Shown: positions 25,788 to 33,845 of the stretch, piece by piece | How the letters are laid out: every line of letters begins with the position of its first letter | How positions within the stretch are numbered: the stretch's first letter is position 1 | Origin: an uncultured Gemmatimonadota bacterium | GTDB lineage: Bacteria; JAAXHH01 | Assembly (NCBI GenBank): GCA_951812955.1 | Contig: OX638340.1 | Coordinates: 3,616,001 to 3,680,000, forward strand | DNA: 64,000 nucleotides | Direction: 5' to 3' | Translations under genes and position numbers: made by a program | The notes under the pieces: generated by a model | The model's database searches: none | What the model saw: the letters and a program-made list of their open reading frames with translations, nothing else | Told to the model about the DNA's origin: nothing

Positions 25788-26624
25788 TCAAGACCGGCCG
25801 TAAGGCGCGCCATCGGGCGAGGCATGTTGCGGTGAGACGATCTGGCGTCGTTCGGGCGTAAGACGGTCCAGCAGTTCGGGCGAGGGCTGGTACCCGTGGC
25901 GGAAATTGCCCCAGGAAGGTCCGTACCGGTAGACCACGATACGGCGCGTTCCCGCGTTTCGCCGGGTGGCCGAACCGTGGGAGATGCCATCCACGAACAA
26001 CAGGGCGTCGCCGGCCTCCATAAACAGTTCCGCGGAACCGGTAATGCCCTCCACGGAAGCGCCCTTGGGCTTCATGGCGTGCCGGGCGAATTCTGGGTGG
26101 ATGAAGTTGGATTTGTGACTGCCCGGGATGACCATGGTGGCGCCGTCCCCGGGACCGATGTCGGTCAGGGCCATGAGCACATTGACCTGCCCGCACATGA
26201 ACCGGCCGCCGTGGTAGCGGAAGCCGTTGCGCATGATGGGCGGGTATCCCCCGGAATGCAGCCCGATCGCCTCTCCCGGCTCCCGGAAATTTGCGAAGTT
26301 CTCGTCGATGAACAGCGGGCCGTGTGCGTAGTCGAAGGTACCCTCCCCGCCCACGAAATGCTTGACCCGGTCGAACCACGAAGGATGGTCGATCAGGGCT
26401 TCGAACGGGGCGCCCGCTTCGTAAATCTGCTGGAGGTTCAGGCCGTCCACGGTGCCGTAGGTATGGGCGTTGACGAATCCGTGCCATTCGCCCGGCGACA
26501 GGGCCGGGAATTCGTCCAGGGAGGCGTTCAGTTCCGCCACTTCCGCCCTCGACAGGGCCTGCTTCAGATGGAGGAATCCGTTCAGGTCGAAGAGATAGAC
26601 ATCCAGGTCGTCAAGATTGCTCAT
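25788..26624 (-). CDS. PhyH-family protein (paralog 6) with H-S-G in place of the HxD iron ligands
   Basis: The start is ATG 26624 (MSNLDDLDVYLFDLNGFLHLK). It has GLHSGGY (codons at 26250-26258), ALTDIGPGDGATMVIPGSH and a distal DGISHGSATR. Confidence 0.65.
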   Translation of the reverse strand: MSNLDDLDVYLFDLNGFLHLKQALSRAEVAELNASLDEFPALSPGEWHGFVNAHTYGTVDGLNLQQIYEAGAPFEALIDHPSWFDRVKHFVGGEGTFDYAHGPLFIDENFANFREPGEAIGLHSGGYPPIMRNGFRYHGGRFMCGQVNVLMALTDIGPGDGATMVIPGSHKSNFIHPEFARHAMKPKGASVEGITGSAELFMEAGDALLFVDGISHGSATRRNAGTRRIVVYRYGPSWGNFRHGYQPSPELLDRLTPERRQIVSPQHASPDGAPYGRS

Positions 26625-26808
26625 GGGATTGTACCGTTTCTCCAGGGAAATCCTGTTGATTTGTCCCGCCCGATTCGTTACTCTCTTGATCGGCAATATA
26701 TCTCGCCAACCAGCGATACACAACCCAATTGCACTGGGAACCGCGCGAGACGCCGGCCGGATCCATTCCATCCCGAAATATCCGCGTAGACAGGACGAGG
26801 TAACCTGA

Positions 26809-28182
26809 ATGAAGGCCGTTTCACAGCCCAACGTGCTGATTGTGCTGAGTGATCAACTGCGGCGGCAGGCCCTGTCCACCTACGGCGATCCGAACATCGT
26901 CACGCCTCACGTCGACGACCTGGCCGGCCGGGGTGTTCGATTCGAGAACGCCAGTTCTACCTGTCCCATCTGCGTCCCTTTCCGTTTCACTTTCATGACG
27001 GGGCTGTACGCCCATGACCGGAAGGTACCTGGTATCGAGTACAGGATGTCTCCCGCGGAACGCACCCTGGCCGACGAGTTCAACGAGGCGGGGTACGAAA
27101 CGATCTATACGGGCAAATGGCATCTCGACGGAGGTCACGGCCGCATGGGGTCCGCCCGGCAGTGCGGGCGGATGCCCGTGAAGAAGGCCTACCGGGGCCG
27201 CTGGCAGAAGTGGATGGGTTTCGAACTCAGAAACGGCCCCTTCGATACCTTTTATTTCGAAGACGACGACCCGACGCCAAAACCGGTAGAAGGATACCAG
27301 ACCGACGGGCTTTTCGAGCTCGCCATGGACTACCTCGAGACCCGGGATCCGTCCCGTCCCTTCTGCATGGTGGTTTCCGTCGAGCCGCCCCACGATCCTT
27401 TCGAGGCCCCGGAGGCGATGCAGCGCACCTGGGAGGCGATGGACATCGTGCTTCCGCCCAACGTCGACGCGGCCGACGCCGAGGCCATGGAACGGATCAT
27501 GCTCAACCGGAAGCGGTATTACGCCATGGTGGAAAACCTGGACTGGAACATGGGGCGCCTCGGCGCATTTCTGCTGCGAACCGGCCTCCACGGCGAGACC
27601 GTGGTCGTGTTTCTTTCGGATCACGGAGAACTCGGCGGCGCCCATGGACTCCGGGGAAAGCAGTGGCCTTACGAGGAGTCGACGGGAATCCCCCTGATCG
27701 TGGCGGATCCACGGCACCCGGACCGGGCCGGTGCCTTGATCGAAGATCCGGTCTCCACCGAGGACCTGTTCCCCACCATACTCGGTCTGGCCGGGCTGCG
27801 ACCACGGGACGCCCTTCCCGGCGAAAACCTTGCACCGTTGATACACGGCAACACCGGACGGCTGGAGCGGGAAGGCGTGATGCTCGAGTTCGTGGCTGAA
27901 CTGCGTCAGGGCATGGCCTTCTACGACCAGGTCTGGCGTGGGTACCGATCCGCTCGGTACAAGTATACCGTGTGCGGGGACAACCTCGGCGGCGCCGGGC
28001 CGTGGCAGTTCTTCGATCTGGCGGAGGATCCCTGGGAACAGCGAAATCTCATTGACGATCCCGCTTTCCGGCCGGAGATCACGCGTCACCATGGCCTTCT
28101 CCTGGACAGGATGAAGGAGACCGACGACCACTTCGTACTCCTACCCGCCTTCGGAATGGAAGGATTGAATACCTGGGATTGA
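26809..28182 (+). CDS. Formylglycine-dependent sulfatase, no signal peptide
   Basis: It has PNVLIVLSDQLRR and the CxPxR signature CVPFRFTFMTG. The domain starts at about residue 7. Confidence 0.85.
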   Translation: MKAVSQPNVLIVLSDQLRRQALSTYGDPNIVTPHVDDLAGRGVRFENASSTCPICVPFRFTFMTGLYAHDRKVPGIEYRMSPAERTLADEFNEAGYETIYTGKWHLDGGHGRMGSARQCGRMPVKKAYRGRWQKWMGFELRNGPFDTFYFEDDDPTPKPVEGYQTDGLFELAMDYLETRDPSRPFCMVVSVEPPHDPFEAPEAMQRTWEAMDIVLPPNVDAADAEAMERIMLNRKRYYAMVENLDWNMGRLGAFLLRTGLHGETVVVFLSDHGELGGAHGLRGKQWPYEESTGIPLIVADPRHPDRAGALIEDPVSTEDLFPTILGLAGLRPRDALPGENLAPLIHGNTGRLEREGVMLEFVAELRQGMAFYDQVWRGYRSARYKYTVCGDNLGGAGPWQFFDLAEDPWEQRNLIDDPAFRPEITRHHGLLLDRMKETDDHFVLLPAFGMEGLNTWD

Positions 28183-28258
28183 ACCCCGCGATCCTCGCTA
28201 AGCACCGCACAGGATCCGTCGGCGGCTGTGTCTGAATCCAGAGGAAATCGAAGCATAC

Positions 28259-30250
28259 ATGTCCCAAACCAGCGAGACGACGCCACAGACCGGCGAAACC
28301 GGAAGCGGTGGCGCGGCTAAAACACTGACGACCGGTCTCACCCGCAGGGCCCTGCTGATCGGCATCTTTCTGTCTGTCCTGCTGAACATCTGGACGATTC
28401 ACGCGGGCTACATCAGCCAGTCGTCGTTCATCAGCCTGACCCACCTGCCCGTTTCCGCCCTGTTCCCCTTCCTGCTGGTGCTGCTGGGGCTCAATCCGCT
28501 GTTGAAAGTCTTCTGGCCGTCCAGGGTACTGCACCGCAATGAACTGATAATCGTGTTCTTCCTGGTCTTTACCGCGTCGACCATTCCCGCGTGGCCCTTC
28601 AGTTCCTACTGGATCAGCGGTATCACGGGGCCGTACTATAACGCCACCACGGAGAACCAGTGGGCGGAGCTCTTCTTCCAGTATCTGCCCTCCTGGCTGA
28701 TCGTCCAGGACGAGCAGCGCGCCCTCTCGTGGTTTTTCGAAGGCATCCCTGACAGCCGCCCCCCGGTCTTCGGCATCATTCGCAATGCCTGGACCGTACC
28801 GATGTTCTGGTGGGTCACCTTCTTCCTCGCCATCTTCGTGGTCGGCGCGTCGGCCATGGTCATGCTTCGCAAACAGTGGGTGGAACACGAGCGGCTGTCC
28901 TTCCCGCTCGCCCAGATTCCGCTGATCCTGGTCGAAGAGGAGAAGGGCCGCGCGTTGCCCGCCGTGATGCAATCGAAGCTGTTCTGGTACGCTTTCGGCA
29001 TCACGTTGTTTATTTTCCTCTGGAACATCGTCGGTTTCTTCAACTGGGTCAGCGCCATCCCCATTGGGCCGCTGCACAACTTCCCCGTTGTGATCGCCCG
29101 GGCGTTTCCCGCTATTCCCGTCAAGTTCAATTTCCTGGTTGCGGGCGTTGGATACTTCACGAACCTGAACGTCCTTTTCAGCATATGGGTGTTCTTCGTC
29201 ATCATGACCATTCAGCAGGGCATCATGACCCGCCTCGGCGTGCCCAATGCCTTCGCGGTCGTCAAGTCGCAGCATTCCGGCGGGTTTCTCGTGTTTGCTC
29301 TGTACGCTTTGTGGGCGGCGCGGCGGCACCTGAAGGACGTCGTGATGAAAGCACTGGGCAAGGCGCCCCACGTGGATGATTCGAAGGAGTTCTTTTCCTA
29401 CCGGATGGCCGCGCTGGGCGTCCTGGGTGGCGTTACCTACATCGTGTGCTGGCTTTATGCCACGGGCATGTCCCTCGGAATCATCGCCTTCATGATGGGG
29501 TCGTTGCTGATCATGTTCGTGGGCGTGACGCGCATCGTGGCGGAAACGGGCATCGTGTTCCTTGACCTGCCCTTCGAGACCCACGACTTCACGGTGGCCG
29601 TCATCGGTTCGGGGAGTATCAGTACGCGGGATCTGACAAACCTCGCCATAGCCAATTCCTACGCCCGCAACTGGCGGACGCTCGGCATGTGTTCCATGGG
29701 GCATATCGCCAAGGTCGACGACGAGATGGGCGGTACGGGTAAAGGATCCTTCAAGACGATCACGGCCGTTCTCGCCCTGAGTATAGTCGTGTCGTTGATA
29801 TTCACGATTTACCTGGGATATAACCACGGAGGGGCTTCGCAGTTCTTCGAGCCTGCGTTCACCAACGGGACCAAGCTACCTTACGACAACCTGGTCAAAT
29901 GGATCAATAACAGGGAGGCGATCACCGGGACCGAGTTCTGGTTCATGGTCTTCGGAGGTGTGATTACCACACTGCTGATCCAGGCTCACCACCGGTTCAC
30001 CTGGTGGTCGCTGCACCCCATCGGATTCACCGTTGTGCTGACGCCGGGCATGGCCAGTTCGGCTTTCTCGCTGTTTGTGGTCTGGTGCGTGAAGGCCCTG
30101 CTCCTGAAGATCGGGGGCATCCAGCTGTACAGAAAGGCCGTACCCGCTGTCATGGGCATGCTCGTTGCGTTCGTACTTGGCGTGTTTCTTTCGTACGTGG
30201 CCGACGTCGCCTGGTTTCCCAGGGCAGGCCATCCCGTTCAGAACTGGTAA
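28259..30250 (+). CDS. Large polytopic membrane protein of uncharacterised family (paralog B)
   Basis: It is 663 aa and collinear with 22243-24216. Shared blocks are RKQWVEHERLSFPL, WWSLHPIGF and LLKIGGIQLYRKAVP. Confidence 0.7.
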   Translation: MSQTSETTPQTGETGSGGAAKTLTTGLTRRALLIGIFLSVLLNIWTIHAGYISQSSFISLTHLPVSALFPFLLVLLGLNPLLKVFWPSRVLHRNELIIVFFLVFTASTIPAWPFSSYWISGITGPYYNATTENQWAELFFQYLPSWLIVQDEQRALSWFFEGIPDSRPPVFGIIRNAWTVPMFWWVTFFLAIFVVGASAMVMLRKQWVEHERLSFPLAQIPLILVEEEKGRALPAVMQSKLFWYAFGITLFIFLWNIVGFFNWVSAIPIGPLHNFPVVIARAFPAIPVKFNFLVAGVGYFTNLNVLFSIWVFFVIMTIQQGIMTRLGVPNAFAVVKSQHSGGFLVFALYALWAARRHLKDVVMKALGKAPHVDDSKEFFSYRMAALGVLGGVTYIVCWLYATGMSLGIIAFMMGSLLIMFVGVTRIVAETGIVFLDLPFETHDFTVAVIGSGSISTRDLTNLAIANSYARNWRTLGMCSMGHIAKVDDEMGGTGKGSFKTITAVLALSIVVSLIFTIYLGYNHGGASQFFEPAFTNGTKLPYDNLVKWINNREAITGTEFWFMVFGGVITTLLIQAHHRFTWWSLHPIGFTVVLTPGMASSAFSLFVVWCVKALLLKIGGIQLYRKAVPAVMGMLVAFVLGVFLSYVADVAWFPRAGHPVQNW

Positions 30251-30283
30251 TCTTGCTGCGTCCTGCTGATCTCCAGCAGGCGC

Positions 30284-30688
30284 GTGGGAGCGTTGAAAAT
30301 GTCGGAAGAACAGGATCCCCAGGAAATACTCGACCGCATCCTGGAAAACGACGGCCGATATCCCAGGAGGGCCTACCTCTTCGTCCTTGAGGCGGTTTCG
30401 TATACGGTGGAGAAACTGTCAGAACGCAGGCACATATCGGGGAAGGAACTTTCCATGGGCATCAGGGATCTCGCCCTCGAAAGGTTCGGCATCGCGGCGA
30501 AACTGGTGTTCGAAGAGTGGAACCTCACCAGAACCCGTCACTTCGGCGACATCGTCTTCAATCTGGTCAACGAGGGGTTACTGCGGAAAACCGAAGAGGA
30601 CGACATCGAGGATTTCGACGAGGTGTTCGACTTCACCACCGCGTTCGAAACCGAGTTCCGGATCACCGTGGAATCGAAGGACGGCTGA
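30284..30688 (+). CDS. Small conserved hypothetical, resembles the Minf_1886 family (Planctomycetes/Verrucomicrobia-type)
   Basis: The blocks YPRRAYLFVLEAVSYTV...RHISGKELSMGIRDLALERFG...FGDIVFNLVNEGLLRKTEEDDIEDF match my recollection of that family. ATG 30299 is an alternative start. Confidence 0.4.
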   Translation: MGALKMSEEQDPQEILDRILENDGRYPRRAYLFVLEAVSYTVEKLSERRHISGKELSMGIRDLALERFGIAAKLVFEEWNLTRTRHFGDIVFNLVNEGLLRKTEEDDIEDFDEVFDFTTAFETEFRITVESKDG

Positions 30689-30797
30689 TCACCGTTCCCC
30701 ATGGTGTTGTTTCGGTCTGCTTCGGCATCATCCCCCGGGCCTGAATTAGATGGGGCCTTCAGGCCTCAGCGGAATCCCTGACGCCAGATCTTTGGCC

Positions 30798-32717
30798 TTA
30801 TGCCCTCCGGACCGTGCGCTGCCGTCTCCCGAAAGTAGGTTTCGGCGCCTGAGTTTGCGATTCGGACCCGCTTTGGGTATTCGAACCTTCGTCCCGGGAA
30901 TCCGAGCTTGTCTCCGATTGAATGGATGGTTCGTTCACGGCTTCGGGCTTGTCTCCGGCAGCCTTCGCGGTCCTGGATCCGGGCTTGTCTCCGGCAGCCT
31001 TCCTGGTCCTGGATCCGGGCTTGTTTCCGGCAGCCTTCCTGGTCCTGGATCTGGGCTTGTTTACGGTCGCCTTCACGTCCTTGGTCTCGGGTTCATCTCC
31101 GGCAGCCTTTGCGTCCTTAGCCTCGGGCTCGTTTTCGGCAATCTTCACGGCCTTGGTCTCGGGTTCATCTCCGGCAGCCTTTGCGTCCTTGGCCTCGGGC
31201 TCATTTCCGGCAGCCTTCGCGGTCTTGGTTTCGGACTCATTTCCGGCAGTCTTAGCGGTCTTGGTTTCAGACTCATTGGCCACCGCGGTCTCACCGCCGG
31301 ATTCCTCGGCGGTTTCAGCAATGACTGGTTGCGTTTCCACAGTTTCCGGCGAATCGTCCTTTTTCGGTGCAGCATCCTTGCCTCTTCGGGTTCTGCCGGT
31401 CCTGCTCCCTTGACCGTTACCTCTGGAGGCGCGGCTTTTCTTACCGTCGCCTTTTTCCCCGGCCGCGGATGTGTCGCGGTCGCTTCCATCATCGGGCGTG
31501 AGGGCTTTCTCTTCCTGCTGTACGGTTTCATCCTGCGTGTTCGTTTCGTCGGCCGCGGAGGAAGGTGCACCGTTCGTCTGCTGTCGCGTGCCGCGCCGGC
31601 CTCCTGACTGTCGGGGCTTGCCCGATGAGCGCTTTGAACGGCTCGTGCCGGATCTCGCGGATGAACGGGAAGCGGACGGTTTCGCTTCGGCCGCCACCGT
31701 CTCGTCGCCGGTGTCTCCGTTGGCCGCGGGGGGCAGGGAACGGAAGTTGAGCCGGCCGGAAGCGGTCGGCACGGATTTAAGCTTGTTGATCAGTCGCTTC
31801 GGAAAGACCATGCGGGCCGTGATCAGCGGATTCCCCCACTGGCTGACGCGGAGTCCGCCCCCCAGGCTGACCAGGGCGTAGGCCGTATCGTAATCCAGTC
31901 CCTTGTCCTGCGAGATCCATTTCACCATCTCGGTGATCGCCAGTCTGGCAGCCTGGTCGACCGAGGACGCGGAAGTAATGGTGACCCATTCGCCCTTCGA
32001 TTCGACCCGGGGCCAGGAAAACCGGCCGCCGGGTTGCGTGTCCACCCGGAGCGTGACCTCGGCCGCGACTTCCACGCCCGATCCGGAAATCTGTCCGTCG
32101 CCCATGCAGGCCTTTACATCGCCCAGCGACAGCAGGGCGCCGTTGACCTGGACGGGAAGGTAGACCCTGGACCCGGTCGTGATCTCCAATGTGTCCATGT
32201 TGCCGCCGTGTCTGCCGGGGTAGACGGTTTCGATCTCCCCGTGCTTCGTGGCCACGCCAAGGACGCCGATCACCGGGCGCACCGGAAGGGCAAGCCGGTC
32301 GTCCAGCTTGACTTGATTGTCGTCTACTTCCAGGACACGTACATTGTGATTCTGGATGTCCTGCCCGGGGACGCCCGCTTCCGAACGGACGGCGAACACG
32401 CCGGTATCCGACGTTTTGATCTCCTTCACCTGAATGGAAAGCACGTCGCCGATATGGGCTTCTTCTATGCATATGGGACCGGATACGGGAATACCGTCGG
32501 ACTTGTCAACGTCACCATGGGTTCGGGGTTCTTCCGTAAGGAGACCCCGGAAACAGTCCTGTGTTTCCACGACGACGGTCTCACCGCGGTTCACAGTAAT
32601 GGCGGGTGAGACGTTCGGGCCGAATACCTGGTGTAACTGGTCTCTGGTTACCCGTCTGGTCAGGACTGCTTGCTCGTTCTTGGACGTCCGCGACGTCCTG
32701 GATGATCTGCGAAACAA
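30798..32717 (-). CDS. Acetamidase/formamidase-family domain fused to a ~300-aa low-complexity K/E/A/T/S-rich tandem-repeat tail
   Basis: The N-terminal ~330 aa have GPICIEEAHIGDVLSIQV...GRHGGNMDTLEI...LSLGDVKACMGDGQISGSGVE. The C-terminal half consists of repeats such as AAGDKPGSRTRK and AAGDEPETK. Confidence 0.7.
   Translation of the reverse strand: MFRRSSRTSRTSKNEQAVLTRRVTRDQLHQVFGPNVSPAITVNRGETVVVETQDCFRGLLTEEPRTHGDVDKSDGIPVSGPICIEEAHIGDVLSIQVKEIKTSDTGVFAVRSEAGVPGQDIQNHNVRVLEVDDNQVKLDDRLALPVRPVIGVLGVATKHGEIETVYPGRHGGNMDTLEITTGSRVYLPVQVNGALLSLGDVKACMGDGQISGSGVEVAAEVTLRVDTQPGGRFSWPRVESKGEWVTITSASSVDQAARLAITEMVKWISQDKGLDYDTAYALVSLGGGLRVSQWGNPLITARMVFPKRLINKLKSVPTASGRLNFRSLPPAANGDTGDETVAAEAKPSASRSSARSGTSRSKRSSGKPRQSGGRRGTRQQTNGAPSSAADETNTQDETVQQEEKALTPDDGSDRDTSAAGEKGDGKKSRASRGNGQGSRTGRTRRGKDAAPKKDDSPETVETQPVIAETAEESGGETAVANESETKTAKTAGNESETKTAKAAGNEPEAKDAKAAGDEPETKAVKIAENEPEAKDAKAAGDEPETKDVKATVNKPRSRTRKAAGNKPGSRTRKAAGDKPGSRTAKAAGDKPEAVNEPSIQSETSSDSRDEGSNTQSGSESQTQAPKPTFGRRQRTVRRA
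30945..31304. repeat. About 10 tandem copies of a 36-nt (12-codon) unit inside the 30798-32717 CDS
   Basis: Units start at 30945, 30981, 31017, 31053 and so on, for example gggcttgtctccggcagccttcctggtcctggatcc. They are contiguous with no spacers. Confidence 0.9.
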
Positions 32718-32765
32718 AATAGTATTACCTCTCTTGGATGGGTTGGTGAATCCAACTGGAGCGGC

Positions 32766-33785
32766 TCAACCGAAGAGCTCATCTCCATATGCGAATATGG
32801 CGGGCGTACCTCCCGTGTGCAGGAAGACGATGGTGTCGTCTGGCTGGAAGCGCCCTTCCCTGATGTGTATGGCCAGGCCGTCCATGGCCTTGGCCGTGTA
32901 TACCGGGTCGAGTACGATGCCCTCGGTCCGCGCCACCAGGCGCATGGTCTCGAGGCTGGTGCGCGACGGTTCGCCGAAATCCGGTTTGGCGTATTCGCAC
33001 GTGACATCGAAATCTTCCGGCGTGAACGTTTGTTTCAGTCCGATGACCGAGGCGCATTCGTTGGCCACGGGTGCGAGACGTTCCTGCATTTCCCGGTCGT
33101 CCCCCACCCAGTAGTTGAGCCCGACGGCCTTGAAGCAGGCGGATACGGCGCGCAGTCCGACCACCAGGCCGACGATGGTATAGGTCATGGAACTCGTGTA
33201 GATTGCCTTGGGCGCAATGCCCCGCTGTGCCAGTTGCTCGCACAGTTCCAGGGTGGCGTCCACATAGGCCACGGCGCGCAGGATCGCACCGTCGCTGCTC
33301 GTGTCGTAGGGTTTCGATCCCTTTGTTTCCAGCTCCTTCATCTGCTTTTTCAACTCGTCCTTCACGGTCAGGGGAAAGACGTACTTGATCTGGTCCGCCA
33401 TGAGGTGGTTGAGCAGCAGGTTGCCGGAAACGGGGTAGGATCTATGGTCCCGCGGGATGACCACGATGGACTTCATGCCGAGCCGTGCGGCGGCGGCAGC
33501 GGTCTGCGCGGACTGGTTGGACTGGGAATCGGACCCGTGGAGCAGGCAGTCGCAACCCCTGTCGAGGGCTGGACCCAGCGAGTAGGTGAACTGGCGGGCC
33601 TTGTTTCCGCCCATGGCCAGTCCGGTCATGTCATCGCGTTTGACGAGAATTCGGGGGCCCCCAAGGGCTTTCCCGAGGCGAGGACAGTCCTGTAGCGGAG
33701 TGGGCAGGTGGGCCACCGGCGCTCGGGTGAACCTGCCCAGCAGGTGACGCAGTTTCTGCGCGGCGTCACGGTCGTACAACTTCAA
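32766..33785 (-). CDS. PLP-dependent ACC deaminase / D-cysteine desulfhydrase family protein
   Basis: It has ILVKRDDMTGLAMGGNKARQF, the fold-type II PLP lysine motif. Confidence 0.75.
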   Translation of the reverse strand: MKLYDRDAAQKLRHLLGRFTRAPVAHLPTPLQDCPRLGKALGGPRILVKRDDMTGLAMGGNKARQFTYSLGPALDRGCDCLLHGSDSQSNQSAQTAAAAARLGMKSIVVIPRDHRSYPVSGNLLLNHLMADQIKYVFPLTVKDELKKQMKELETKGSKPYDTSSDGAILRAVAYVDATLELCEQLAQRGIAPKAIYTSSMTYTIVGLVVGLRAVSACFKAVGLNYWVGDDREMQERLAPVANECASVIGLKQTFTPEDFDVTCEYAKPDFGEPSRTSLETMRLVARTEGIVLDPVYTAKAMDGLAIHIREGRFQPDDTIVFLHTGGTPAIFAYGDELFG

Positions 33786-33845
33786 TATGACTGCTCCAAC
33801 AGGCGGTACGCGGGACCTCCGCTTGGAAAGGTCCGTCGCGTTCGC

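Noticed and set aside
28079-29827. 582-aa minus-strand ORF antisense to membrane-protein paralog B
   Set aside because: Same reasoning as above: it is a shadow frame of a GC-rich membrane gene. The similar large antisense ORFs at 7059-8282, 26821-28131, 59471-60859, 38024-39016 and 55805-56845 were rejected for the same reason.
30689-30797. Possible intrinsic terminator hairpin (GGGGCCttcaGGCCTC) between convergent genes
   Set aside because: The stem is only 4-6 bp with a mismatch, and no U-tract follows on either strand. This is not convincing.
30750-31607. Plus-strand 285-aa ORF with GSLPGPGSGLVSGSL repeats, and the possibility that the 36-nt repeats form a CRISPR array
   Set aside because: The repeats are contiguous with no unique spacers. 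They lie in frame within the minus-strand acetamidase-like CDS, and no cas genes are present. The plus-strand ORF is the antisense reading of the same repeats.
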